Source of the DNA: Calditrichia bacterium
GTDB taxonomy: Bacteria > Calditrichota > Calditrichia > RBG-13-44-9 > J075
Assembly (NCBI GenBank): GCA_050633245.1
Contig: JBOEGD010000009.1
Span: forward strand, 192,001 to 256,000
Length of the DNA: 64,000 nt
Direction of reading: 5' to 3'
Of the stretch, positions 27,906-37,902 are shown piece by piece. The notes under the pieces are model-generated. The model was not told the origin of the DNA. It did not search any database and saw only the letters and a list, made by a program, of their open reading frames with translations. A program made the position numbers and the translations under genes. Position 1 is the stretch's first letter, and each line of letters opens with the position of its first letter.

Positions 27906-29120
27906 TTATTTTTCTTTCTTGTCGTCAGAGCGTCGTTTATCTGTCATTAACGTATCGGCATGGCGAAGTGCCTTCTTACCAAAGCGATTTTGCAGGGAAT
28001 CACGGATTTTCTCCAGCTCTTCCTTTCGCTCATCACCGCCAAAGAGAGATAATTGTCCCACGTCGCTGCCTACCAACTGCGTTACCCCGACGCCAATCAG
28101 GCGAACTGCCTTGGTTTTTGCTGTAAATTGGACATACAGCTCTTTACTAACCGCAAAGATATCGTCGGTCAGATGGATTCCTTCCCGCACCGTTTTATTG
28201 CGGGTAAAAGTCGTAAAGTCATCAAAGCGTAGCTTTAACTGAACCGTTTTGCCACGAAATCCATACTTGCGCAGACGTGATGCAACCTTCTCAGACAAGT
28301 GCAGCAACGTCGAAACAATTAACTCTTCATCACGCTGGTCGACGCCAAAGGTTGTTTCATGACTGACAGATTTTATCGGATCGCCCTTATGCACTTCACG
28401 CGTATCGATGCCACGAGCCATGCGAAACAGATGTGGTCCCATCTTGCCAAAGCGCTGGGTCAACAACTCCTCAGGAAATTCACGAAGTTCTTTGACGGTA
28501 TTCAGGTTCATCTTTTCGAGTGATGCAAACGTCTTTTTGCCGACTCCCCATAACTTGCTCAGCGCCAGTGGATCGAGAAACTCCTGCACCTTTCCCGGTT
28601 CAACAATTGTGAGTCCATCCGGTTTTTCAAAATCGGACGCAATTTTTGCCACACTTTTTGATGGCGCCATTCCGACTGAGGCCCGCAAACCGGTGTCCTG
28701 ATAAATACGATCCTTTATGGCCATACCCATCGTTTCTACATCTCCATAGAAATGCAGGCTTCCGGTAAGATCGAGAAAGGCCTCATCGACACTGACGACC
28801 TGAATTTGCGGGGTAAAGTCTTCAAGAATTTTAAAAACTTGTTTGGAATAATGAGAGTAGGTGTTGTGTTGAGGCTTAATGTACACGCCGTGCGGACAAA
28901 GCTTCCATGCCCTCGCAATTGGCATTGCAGAATGCACACCAAAAACGCGAGCTTCGTAAGAGGCAGTTGAGACAACACCTCTCCCCTTCCCTTTTGAAGG
29001 GGAAGCTCCAATTATCAGAGGTTTTCCAGCAAGCTCGGGGTTTAACAGCACCTCAACCGAGGCAAAAAAAGCATCCATGTCTACATGCGCAATAATGCGC
29101 TTCCATGAAGAAGAGGTCAT
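27906..29120 (-). CDS. dinB: DNA polymerase IV
   Basis: HVDMDAFFASVE, SYEAR, SVDEAFLD, AKIASDFEKPDG, KSVSHETTF. Confidence 0.96.
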   Translation of the reverse strand: MTSSSWKRIIAHVDMDAFFASVEVLLNPELAGKPLIIGASPSKGKGRGVVSTASYEARVFGVHSAMPIARAWKLCPHGVYIKPQHNTYSHYSKQVFKILEDFTPQIQVVSVDEAFLDLTGSLHFYGDVETMGMAIKDRIYQDTGLRASVGMAPSKSVAKIASDFEKPDGLTIVEPGKVQEFLDPLALSKLWGVGKKTFASLEKMNLNTVKELREFPEELLTQRFGKMGPHLFRMARGIDTREVHKGDPIKSVSHETTFGVDQRDEELIVSTLLHLSEKVASRLRKYGFRGKTVQLKLRFDDFTTFTRNKTVREGIHLTDDIFAVSKELYVQFTAKTKAVRLIGVGVTQLVGSDVGQLSLFGGDERKEELEKIRDSLQNRFGKKALRHADTLMTDKRRSDDKKEK

Positions 29121-29824
29121 CGAAAGGCGATTCCCACCAGAATCAACGCGCTGATCATGCCAGCGAATACAAGGTTGCGCTTGCGATTATCTTCAGACAT
29201 CACACCCTTTCTGGCTGCAATACCGGTTTCCTGGCCACTACGCAGGTTCACGTTGGGGATTGCTAAATCGCCGGCAATTTTAATTTGAGCCGGTACTGCT
29301 CCATCGAAAGCATAAATAAAAGCAGACTCAAACTTCCCCGTAACACCAGACTTACTATCTGTACGGATCAGGTTGAAGCGCGCGTTGTGCTCATTTGCAT
29401 AAATCATTTGCGGCGCCAAAGCACCATCTTTAAAGAGGAATGCCGTGGAGTCGGTATTGCTGAGCACAATTTCATCTGTTAGCGTATCTCCCAACATAAA
29501 GTAAACGTCGAGGTAATTTTTAGATGCATTGCGTGCATCACTTTCTTCAGCCAGAAGTATATGCAAAACATGCTGGGTTCCCTGACGAAGCTGCGGATAG
29601 AAAAAATATTTTGTTCCGCTCTCGCTCTGCAGGTTCAAGGTCGTATCATAAACGATTTCTACATTGTTATAGAGCAGGGCATTGTGTGCATAGTAAGTTT
29701 GAGCGACTTCTGTTCCCACGCTTAGATTTATTGCGCCAAAGTGAGTCGTTTCATCTGATTCCTGAGCGAGTGCATTTGAGGTTAACGCCCAACCAAGCAG
29801 AGCAACTAAAGCGAGATATTTCAT
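29117..29824 (-). CDS. Hypothetical exported protein with C-terminal membrane anchor
   Basis: Signal peptide (ALA-Q), C-terminal hydrophobic helix, stop overlaps the dinB start. Confidence 0.7.
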   Translation of the reverse strand: MKYLALVALLGWALTSNALAQESDETTHFGAINLSVGTEVAQTYYAHNALLYNNVEIVYDTTLNLQSESGTKYFFYPQLRQGTQHVLHILLAEESDARNASKNYLDVYFMLGDTLTDEIVLSNTDSTAFLFKDGALAPQMIYANEHNARFNLIRTDSKSGVTGKFESAFIYAFDGAVPAQIKIAGDLAIPNVNLRSGQETGIAARKGVMSEDNRKRNLVFAGMISALILVGIAFR

Positions 29825-29842
29825 ACCATTTCCTTTATCGGA

Positions 29843-30940
29843 TTAGCGTCCGTTTCCTGCTCCCAGAGCTTCAATGCGGGTCTGGACTTCCCTGTCATCT
29901 TTACTTGCATTCTTAATATAAACCGAAAAATAGTCAATTGCTTCTTTTGGCTGTTTTTTTGCTTCGGCAATGAACCCCAGGTAGCGATAGGCAATCCAGG
30001 TATTCTCCTGAATTTTCAGAGCTTGTTTCAGCAAAATTTCTGCTTCTTCAAGATTCTGGTTCTTATACAGTAAAATGCCTTTTTCGGCGATGAGTTCCGC
30101 ATTAGCGGGATTTAGACTTAATCCGACTGCAATTTGCTCCAGGGCAATATCATTCTTTTCGACATGTTGAAAATAGCGTGAACGATACAGAAATATTTCC
30201 GGATCACCGGGGATTAGCTTCTGAGCGCGATTTAATGCCGTTACTGCCTCATTCTGCAGATCTAAGTAGAACAATGCCTTCCCGAGAGATTTCCAACCCT
30301 CGCCATCATTAAATTTCAGATTACAATAATACTCGAGCTCTGCGCGGGCAGCGGCATAGTTCTTTAACTTAAGAAAGGACACGCCACGGAGTTTGTATGC
30401 AATAGGTGCATGCGGGGAACGAAAATCACGAAAATAAGCAGCCAGTCCGTCGAGGACTTTTCGATACTGTTTATCGCGAAAGTAGCTATCGACTAATGCA
30501 ATTCGCAGTTCAGCTGAATCGGGATAGGCCGCCGTGGCCTTTCGCAGGTAGACTATGGCTTCCTGATAACGATCACTATTTTGATAAAGCCCGCCAAGCG
30601 CCGCCCAAACTTTTGGAGAATGGCTTTTGATGTCCAGGCTACGCTTATAGCTGGCAATTGCCGAATCTGGTTGTCGAAGACGGGTCAGCACCCATCCTTT
30701 GGACTGATGAAAAGCCGCAAAGTCTCTGCGATGCGCTATGGCTGAATCGAGCTGTGTATTTGCGGCCGACATATCACCGGCTTCAATCGACTGTGCAGCA
30801 GCGAGATAAAAAGCCATTGCCTGACCGGGTTTCGAATTGGCCTGAGGCGCTTTCGACGAGGATGAACAACATGTAAATGAGAGGCAGGTTAGAACGAAAC
30901 CGACTGTTATGTAAAGCCTGGTTACGAATATAAGTTGCAT
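29843..30940 (-). CDS. Tetratricopeptide-repeat (lipo)protein
   Basis: Repeated TPR-like helices (WAALGGLY, WKSLGKAL, AYRYLGFI); possible lipobox Cys near the N-terminus. Confidence 0.82.
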   Translation of the reverse strand: MQLIFVTRLYITVGFVLTCLSFTCCSSSSKAPQANSKPGQAMAFYLAAAQSIEAGDMSAANTQLDSAIAHRRDFAAFHQSKGWVLTRLRQPDSAIASYKRSLDIKSHSPKVWAALGGLYQNSDRYQEAIVYLRKATAAYPDSAELRIALVDSYFRDKQYRKVLDGLAAYFRDFRSPHAPIAYKLRGVSFLKLKNYAAARAELEYYCNLKFNDGEGWKSLGKALFYLDLQNEAVTALNRAQKLIPGDPEIFLYRSRYFQHVEKNDIALEQIAVGLSLNPANAELIAEKGILLYKNQNLEEAEILLKQALKIQENTWIAYRYLGFIAEAKKQPKEAIDYFSVYIKNASKDDREVQTRIEALGAGNGR

Positions 30941-31087
30941 TGTTATCGCGATCTATTTCAATTAGCCGCTTTAATACGCGGGAGTTAAGTGGGGACTTTT
31001 ATTACGTAAAGCCAGAATACGAATCTACAAAAATTTAGTATTAAAGTCTACAAGTCAGGTAACAGATACTCTTGTAACGCGTGTTAA

Positions 31088-32200
31088 TCAAAGTCCTGTT
31101 ATTTGCAGCAGACGCTCGACGCTTTTTTGTGTCTCTCCGCTGCGCTGCAACCCGGGGAACTGGGTAGCTTTCTGAAGATCCCGGGCCAAATCCAGCTTAC
31201 TTTGTTCAACCGAAAAATAAAGATTTTGATCCATTAATCTTTTAGCGAGGTATATCTGCTCGGTCTGGCCTGGTGTTGGAATTAATAGCGCCTTGCGACC
31301 AAGCTCTGCGAGCTCCATAAGCGTCGTATATCCCGGGCGCGAAACGATAATTTTCGCTCGATTCAACAACGCATTCATGTTCTCACGAGGCAGATGATTA
31401 TAAACCGTTAGGTAAGAGTCTTCACTCAGCAGCTGTTCTTCTTCGCTTTTACCAAGCAGAACCACTTTTTTTCCGGGAATAGAACGAATATCGGCCAGGA
31501 CTTTTTCTTCCAAAAACGTTCGCTGTGGTTCCGGCCCGGAGATCGAAACCAGCACGTCTATATCTTCAGAGAGGTTGTTTTTATTAACGCTCGCCAACCA
31601 ACCGATGTGGCTATAGCGATCGCTCTGCTTGCTCGGGATCTCGCTGAGAGCACCACTGATTAGGCCTTCACCAGCTTTTTCGATATCTGGTACAAATATT
31701 TTTTGATAGAAGCGATGCGGCAGACGGTTTACCCAACCGACGGTTCGGCGCAGGAGTGTCATGCTTCTCGGCATGGCAAAATATAGCTGATGGCTAATAA
31801 AATAACTGGGTACTAATTTGGAGTGCGCGCCATAACAATTGTCGCTGATTATGCAGTCGATTGCCCGCGTAAATACAACCTGATGAGTTAGCTCTTTTTC
31901 CAGCATAACTGCCCAGAGAACTCCGGGAGCCTGCAACAGAAGACGGGGCCACAATAGCTTGCTTTTGCTGTACGTAATTCCATAATCCGGGGTGACTACA
32001 AATGAGGCATCGGGCATTTCCTGTCTAAAGAATGCCATTGCTCTGCCACTACTTCCAATCACCAGGCGATGTCCACGCTGCTGAAGAGCCTTCATAACAG
32101 GCAAACTACGTGTCGCATGACCGAGCCCCATATTGAGCACGGCAAAATAAATAGTTTTAGGTGGACTTTGTGGCAATATCATGGATCCATTTTGCTGCAA
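31088..32200 (-). CDS. GT-B glycosyltransferase (GT28 C-terminal-like)
   Basis: NMGLGHATRS, SGPEPQR, SRPGYTTLMEL, IPTPGQTEQ. Confidence 0.85.
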   Translation of the reverse strand: MQQNGSMILPQSPPKTIYFAVLNMGLGHATRSLPVMKALQQRGHRLVIGSSGRAMAFFRQEMPDASFVVTPDYGITYSKSKLLWPRLLLQAPGVLWAVMLEKELTHQVVFTRAIDCIISDNCYGAHSKLVPSYFISHQLYFAMPRSMTLLRRTVGWVNRLPHRFYQKIFVPDIEKAGEGLISGALSEIPSKQSDRYSHIGWLASVNKNNLSEDIDVLVSISGPEPQRTFLEEKVLADIRSIPGKKVVLLGKSEEEQLLSEDSYLTVYNHLPRENMNALLNRAKIIVSRPGYTTLMELAELGRKALLIPTPGQTEQIYLAKRLMDQNLYFSVEQSKLDLARDLQKATQFPGLQRSGETQKSVERLLQITGL

Positions 32201-32831
32201 CTTCGGAGATTTTAGATAAAACTTCCGGGTAGCTTACGCCCTGTCGCACCAGCACTTTAAAGGAGTGATTACCGCCCTCAACCCAATGCAGCTTATGCCG
32301 ATCGCGAAGTCTGGTGAGCGTTTGAGTAAGCAAGTCCATTCGCGCAAACGGATCTCGCGTACCTTGTATAAACAGCATCTGCTGCCTCATGGTATATAAA
32401 TAGTCGTCGCGAATGCGATCGAATTTGCCGGGAGGGTGTAGCGGATACCCAAAGAAAATGAGACCTTGTAAATCGGAGACGTCATTTGCAATCATTGTTG
32501 CAATTCGGCCTCCCATAGATTTGCCACCGAGAAATAGTGCGCTGTATTTTAAATTTTCAGCAGCCCAATCGGCAACGGCTTTCCACGCCTCCATAAGGAT
32601 TTTCGTACTATTAGGGGCTTTTCGGCCAGCTTGTTTGTATGGAAAATTGAATCGTAATACGCTGACGCCGTTTTCTTCCAGATGGCGTGCAGTCGTTTCA
32701 AGAAATGGCGCGTCCATAGCGTTTCCAGCGCCATGTGCCAGAATCAGCAGCGGTTTTCCGGGGCCATCATTTTGCGGCAGCAATAACCCAACCTCTCGTC
32801 CCTCGTCCAGCTTTAGCGTCCGTTCAGACAT
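32157..32831 (-). CDS. Alpha/beta hydrolase
   Basis: LAHGAG, GKSMGG nucleophile elbow, QGTRDPF, GGNHSF. GGAGG before ATG 32831. Confidence 0.88.
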   Translation of the reverse strand: MSERTLKLDEGREVGLLLPQNDGPGKPLLILAHGAGNAMDAPFLETTARHLEENGVSVLRFNFPYKQAGRKAPNSTKILMEAWKAVADWAAENLKYSALFLGGKSMGGRIATMIANDVSDLQGLIFFGYPLHPPGKFDRIRDDYLYTMRQQMLFIQGTRDPFARMDLLTQTLTRLRDRHKLHWVEGGNHSFKVLVRQGVSYPEVLSKISEVAAKWIHDIATKST

Positions 32832-32930
32832 ATAATCCTCCATAGTAGCGTTGCGCAAGCGGGCTCTGATAGTATTTAGCAAAACGATAGCAATCGTCCT
32901 TTGATGACGATCACTGAAGCCTATAAAGGC

Positions 32931-32964
32931 AGAACGCCGTCGGAAAAGAATCCGACGGCGTTCT
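32931..32964. terminator. Hairpin terminator after rpsA
   Basis: AGAACGCCGTCGGA-AAAGAA-TCCGACGGCGTTCT 14-bp perfect stem. Confidence 0.75.
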
Positions 32965-32994
32965 TAAGATCGTGCATAAGCCTGTAGCTAAAGG

Positions 32995-35037
32995 CTATTT
33001 TTTATCTTCAGCAGGTGCTTCATCTTTGGCGGGTGCTTCTTCGGCAGCCGGCTCTTCAGCGGGTTTTTCTTCCGCAGCCGGTGCTTCTTCAGCAGGCGCT
33101 TCATCAGTAGCTGGCGCTTCTTCTTTGGCTGGTGCTTCGTCCGCAGCCGGTGCCTCTTCAGCGGCCTCGTCTTTTTTCTTACGAGATGCTTTCTTAGGCT
33201 TTCCTTCTGCCGGAGCTTCTTCAAGCTCAGGAACTTCTTCCACCATATCTTTCAGGGTTGCCGGAGTAAGAGCGTGTTCTGCCATGTAGGAGTCCACAAC
33301 GTCTTGCTCTTTGCCTTTCAGATATTCGCTTACCGATAGAACGATGCGCTTGTTTTCCTTATCGAATTCGATAACGGCAAGCGGCAGATCGTCTCCAACC
33401 TTGAAGTGATCGGAAGCGCGCTTGATGTTCTGCTTACCAAGGTGGTTCAGCGGAACAAATGCGTCTACACCAAGCGGCAGTCCAACGATAACGCCTTTAT
33501 CGATCAGGCGAACAATTTTACCAGTGGTCTCGGTGCCAGTGTCATAAGACTCAGCAAAGGTATCCCACGGGTTGGTTTCAACCTGCTTGTGTCCAAGAGC
33601 AATACGACGCTCAGGCTTGTTGATATCGAGAACAATAACTTCGATTTCTTCGCCTTTGCGAATCACTTCACTTGGGTGGCGAACCTTGCGTGTCCAGGAC
33701 AAGTCAGAAATGTGAACCAGTCCGTCAACACCTTCTTCCAGCTCAACGAATGCGCCGAAAGGAGTCAGATTACGCACAACGCCGGTGTGGCGTGTATCTG
33801 CAGGATATTTAGATTCGATATCTTCCCATGGATCTGGCGTCAGCTGCTTTAGGCCAAGCGAGATTTTGCGATCGTTTGGTGCAATGTTCAGCAGCACGGC
33901 CTCTACCATATCTCCTTCTTTCAGAATCTGAGAAGGGTTTTTAACATGGTGTGACCAGCTCATTTCGGAAACGTGAATCAAACCTTCGATACCATGCTCA
34001 AGCTCAACGAATGCACCGTAATCGGTAAGGCTAACCACTTTACCTTCAACTTTAGAGCCGACCGGGAAACGCTCTGCGATATTTTCCCATGGGTGTGGCT
34101 GAAGCTGTTTAAGACCAAGAGAAATACGAGTTTTCTCTTTATCGAAGTCGAGAATCATTACGTCGATCTCTTCATCCAGATTTACCATCTCGCGTGGGTG
34201 GTTAACACGTCCCCATGAAAGGTCGGTAATGTGAAGCAGACCGTCTACGCCACCGAGGTCGATGAATACACCAAAGTCGGTGATATTCTTGACCACTCCG
34301 CGGCGAACCTGCCCTTTTTCCAGAGTCGAGAGAATCTCGGCACGTTTGCTTTCGAGTTCTTTCTCGATAATAACGCGGCGAGAAACAACGATATTCTTAC
34401 GCTGCTCGTTTACTTTTACAATTTTTAAATCGAGGTTGCGATTGACAAATGCGTCGAAATCGCGAATCGGCTTCACGTCTACTTGCGAACCTGGCAAGAA
34501 GGCGTCTACGCCATTAAGGTCTACTACAAATCCACCCTTGATACGACGAACCAGTCGTCCTTCGATGGTTTCGTTAGCAGCATATTTAGCCATCAGGCGA
34601 TCCCATGCACGCAGGAAGTATACCTTACGGCGGGAAACCTGAACATTTCCATCACGGTCTTCCGGAGATTCAAGGAACAGCTCAACTTCGTCGCCTGCCT
34701 TAAATTCATCAAGATCGATGAATTCCTCTACCGGAATCATACCTTCACTTTTAAAACCTATGTCTACGATAACATAAGAAGAACCTATTTCCAGAATATT
34801 ACCCGTTACAATGTCTTCTTTGTTCAGCTTCTCAAAGCTTTTTTCGTAGAGCGCCAAAAGCTCGTCATCACCAGGATCGGCTTCGGCCATCATTCTATCC
34901 AAGTCTTCCAGCTTGATTACTTGACCAGGCTGAAAGGGACCATCATGGTCATCGCTGGTTGCTACCGGAGCAGCTGCAGCAGGGGTTTCGGCTTGCACTT
35001 CCTTGTTCTCAAGCTCTTCTTGTTTAACTTCACTCAT
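32995..35037 (-). CDS. rpsA: 30S ribosomal protein S1 with acidic Ala/Pro/Glu tail
   Basis: Six S1 repeats (DIGFKSEG, AFLPGSQVD, DGLLHITDLSW, EGLIHVSEMSW, DGLVHISDLSW). Start MSEVKQ at 35037 with AAGGA upstream. Confidence 0.97.
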   Translation of the reverse strand: MSEVKQEELENKEVQAETPAAAAPVATSDDHDGPFQPGQVIKLEDLDRMMAEADPGDDELLALYEKSFEKLNKEDIVTGNILEIGSSYVIVDIGFKSEGMIPVEEFIDLDEFKAGDEVELFLESPEDRDGNVQVSRRKVYFLRAWDRLMAKYAANETIEGRLVRRIKGGFVVDLNGVDAFLPGSQVDVKPIRDFDAFVNRNLDLKIVKVNEQRKNIVVSRRVIIEKELESKRAEILSTLEKGQVRRGVVKNITDFGVFIDLGGVDGLLHITDLSWGRVNHPREMVNLDEEIDVMILDFDKEKTRISLGLKQLQPHPWENIAERFPVGSKVEGKVVSLTDYGAFVELEHGIEGLIHVSEMSWSHHVKNPSQILKEGDMVEAVLLNIAPNDRKISLGLKQLTPDPWEDIESKYPADTRHTGVVRNLTPFGAFVELEEGVDGLVHISDLSWTRKVRHPSEVIRKGEEIEVIVLDINKPERRIALGHKQVETNPWDTFAESYDTGTETTGKIVRLIDKGVIVGLPLGVDAFVPLNHLGKQNIKRASDHFKVGDDLPLAVIEFDKENKRIVLSVSEYLKGKEQDVVDSYMAEHALTPATLKDMVEEVPELEEAPAEGKPKKASRKKKDEAAEEAPAADEAPAKEEAPATDEAPAEEAPAAEEKPAEEPAAEEAPAKDEAPAEDKK

Positions 35038-35147
35038 TAAGTTTACTTCCTTTATGGTTGAACATGATGCCAAACGAATTAGGAGTTTGACCAGTTCTAA
35101 ATGTAACAACATAACCCAAGGAAGTCAAAATAATTTTTTTACAAAGC

Positions 35148-35666
35148 TTATTTTTTTCGACGATAGCGAATATTCCACAAGTCGCTCCACGTCTGCCCTC
35201 CGTCCAATGAACGTTGCCAATTCCAATCGAATGCATCAGCGGTGATATTCTCGAAGATCATACGGGAAACAACCTGCTTACCATTGCGCTCTTTTACAGC
35301 ACTGCGCAACTCCATTTTTCCGTCTTCGTAACCACCGGTAAACAGTAAATATGCGCCGCTGTTATCTACCCAGGTTTGCTGCCAATGTTCCGTTTGCGCA
35401 TTAAAAACCGACCAGCTTCGTCCAATAAATGAGCTGTCTGCAAAACTGAAGTTTTCTTCGATCGTACAGCCACCCAGGTTCTTAGTGATATGATTACGCG
35501 CACTGCCGGTTTGCCCCTCAGGCGTTCCGGCCTGTCCACCAGCCCAGCTAAGCTCCCACTCCCCTATCCAAAAATCGAACTGAGATGCGCGTGCATCACT
35601 GCAGGGTTTTTGTGGAGTTTGAGCAAAGACAAGTGTTGAGCAGAATAAGAGTAAAAGTAATTTCAT
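35148..35666 (-). CDS. Exported DUF1579-like beta-barrel protein
   Basis: Signal peptide, QFDFWIGEW, WQQTWVD, SLDGGQTW. AGGAG before ATG 35666. Confidence 0.72.
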   Translation of the reverse strand: MKLLLLLFCSTLVFAQTPQKPCSDARASQFDFWIGEWELSWAGGQAGTPEGQTGSARNHITKNLGGCTIEENFSFADSSFIGRSWSVFNAQTEHWQQTWVDNSGAYLLFTGGYEDGKMELRSAVKERNGKQVVSRMIFENITADAFDWNWQRSLDGGQTWSDLWNIRYRRKK

Positions 35667-35686
35667 GATTTCTCCTGTACGATGTT

Positions 35687-35797
35687 GAGATGTACTACGG
35701 TGCGTCTTTACGATGTCTGATCTGAGACGCTGTAGCATACAGACCAGGAGACGCGCTGCGGCATGCGAACTAGAGACGCACTGCAGCACGTCTTTAC
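35687..35797. repeat. Cluster of degenerate REP-like palindromes
   Basis: Four GAGA(C/T)G-initiated units. The first and last are imperfect palindromes ending CGTCTTTAC, e.g. TAGAGACGCACTGCAGCACGTCTTTAC at 35771-35797. Confidence 0.55.
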
Positions 35798-35800
35798 TAC

Positions 35801-37672
35801 TTACTTCATTAAGATCATCTTGCGTGAAGCGCTTTGCACAGTACCGCCACTGAGCCCTGTAGCCGTCATTTTATAGAGATAGACTCCCGATGCTGCACGA
35901 TTTCCCGCAGCATCCGTGCCGTCCCACTCAAGCTGATAGCTACCGGCAGCATAATTTTTCTTCGTTAAGGTACGCAGTAGTTGACCAGAAACAGCATAGA
36001 TTGCTATGTCCACTTTTGCTCCCTGCAAAAGCTCAAAGCCAATGCTTGTTGACGGATTGAAAGGATTTGGCCAGTTTTGCTCAAGGTAAAACTGTTTGCT
36101 CAACTGAGAAGCCTGATCTCCGATTCCGGTTACGCCGGCAAGACCCTGATTTTCGGTCGCTACATAAAACTGTTCAATGGCAACATCCGTATACACATCT
36201 ACGCTATCTGATGGCCAGGTAATTACAAGCGAATCGATAACAGTCGCATCAGCAAGACCAAAGTGTACGTTCAGACTATTTTGCGCGCTAAAGCTATTTT
36301 GGGCAGAGATTTCACGCATCTGCCAAACCGGATTACCATTCATTGTAGCTTTGGCCTGAACACGGGCACCGATTGCAGAGCGATTCGACTGGACGCCTTC
36401 GGCTCGAATGTTTACCCAGGCATTGCCATTCGTCTCAGAGTCGTTGCGAAAGAGCCCCCGACCGCCCGGTGCGGCGGAATATACAAACAGATCCAGATCG
36501 CCATCGCGATCATAGTCTCCGGCAGATGCCCCACACTGTGCGGCATTGAGCCCTACAATAGCAATCTGAGTATCCCGGGTAAATGTGCCATCTCCGTTAT
36601 TGGCATAATAGAAGGAAGCGGCACCGCCGTCATTGGTAACATACACATCCAAATCGCCATCATTATCAAAATCTGCCCAGTTATTTGCCAGTGAGAAGGC
36701 TACGTCGCTAACCAGCGTGCCCACATCCTGTGCAGTCATTTTCACATAGGTTCCTGCATCATTGCGATAGAGATTGTTTACCGAGGCGGCATAGTTGGTC
36801 AGAAACGCATCCAGGTCACCGTCATTATCGTAATCCACCCAGTTCCAAACCTGACCATCAACCAGATCGGTGGCCAAAATTCCGGTGGTTATCTTCTCGA
36901 GGGTGGCCGTTCCGGTTTCGGTGAGTAGATTGCGGTAGAGATTGTCTGGAGCAGCCGTTCCCAGAGCCGGTCCGCTACCGATAAACAAATCCTGATCTCC
37001 GTCTAAGTCGAAATCTGAAAACGTTCCGACGGTGTACGGCGCAAGTCCGGTTGTTACATCGCTGGAATCCGGTGCAACCTTTGTCCAATCGACACCATTT
37101 TCATTAAAGAAAAGATGATTTGGCGTTGGGCCGCCGGGCACAAAATTAGCCGGATGCACGATGAGTAAATCGACATAGCTATTGTCGTCAATATCAGCAA
37201 AAGCACAAGCCCAGCCGCGATTGGCCGTACCACCACCAATATCACCAGAGCTGACAGCCGTAAATGTTCCGTCACCATTATTTAAATACAATGACGATGT
37301 GGCAGCACCAATAAAACAATCTATAAATCCATCGTTATTCACATCAGCCCAGGTATTTCCGTGACCAGCGCCATTGTTGTTATTCGCACTGCCGATGCCA
37401 CTGCCGGTAATTTTAACAAATACACCACCACCATCATTGCGATACAGAAGCGTATTGTTTACGAAAAGATCGAGATCCTCGTCGCTATCGTAATCAATCC
37501 AGCTTCCACCAGCGTATCCACCCGGCCCGGCCTGGGTTTCAGCGGCGATTGGATTTGCACTATCAGTAATGCGAGTAAATTGCTGCGCATCGAGCTTTTC
37601 GGGAAGCAGCACTCCCAGCATCAACAAAAAGGGTAGATAAATTGAGATAAAACTGCGTGTAGAAAAAGACAT
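35801..37672 (-). CDS. Secreted FG-GAP/CRTAC1-like beta-propeller protein with ASPIC/UnbV domain and C-terminal sorting/FlgD-like domain
   Basis: Repeated DxDxDGDLD motifs, SNRSAIGARV, HFGL, ITWPS, QNWPNPFNP tail. Confidence 0.88.
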   Translation of the reverse strand: MSFSTRSFISIYLPFLLMLGVLLPEKLDAQQFTRITDSANPIAAETQAGPGGYAGGSWIDYDSDEDLDLFVNNTLLYRNDGGGVFVKITGSGIGSANNNNGAGHGNTWADVNNDGFIDCFIGAATSSLYLNNGDGTFTAVSSGDIGGGTANRGWACAFADIDDNSYVDLLIVHPANFVPGGPTPNHLFFNENGVDWTKVAPDSSDVTTGLAPYTVGTFSDFDLDGDQDLFIGSGPALGTAAPDNLYRNLLTETGTATLEKITTGILATDLVDGQVWNWVDYDNDGDLDAFLTNYAASVNNLYRNDAGTYVKMTAQDVGTLVSDVAFSLANNWADFDNDGDLDVYVTNDGGAASFYYANNGDGTFTRDTQIAIVGLNAAQCGASAGDYDRDGDLDLFVYSAAPGGRGLFRNDSETNGNAWVNIRAEGVQSNRSAIGARVQAKATMNGNPVWQMREISAQNSFSAQNSLNVHFGLADATVIDSLVITWPSDSVDVYTDVAIEQFYVATENQGLAGVTGIGDQASQLSKQFYLEQNWPNPFNPSTSIGFELLQGAKVDIAIYAVSGQLLRTLTKKNYAAGSYQLEWDGTDAAGNRAASGVYLYKMTATGLSGGTVQSASRKMILMK

Positions 37673-37902
37673 GTTATCCTCCTGAGGTTGGTTGGTTATA
37701 CTAACCTAGGAAGCTGTACGGTAAAATTATATACCCAATAGTGGAGGGGAATAGACCTTTTAACGGTGAAAATGTGGTTTTGGGGTAACCCATCGTGGTA
37801 ATGGGCGCTACGTTTATTGGGCGTCGCTTTGGACTAATAGGGCGCATCTACGGTGCTGATTGGGCGCTTCGCTTATTGTGAAAGGAGTTCTGAGTTCTGC
37901 AT

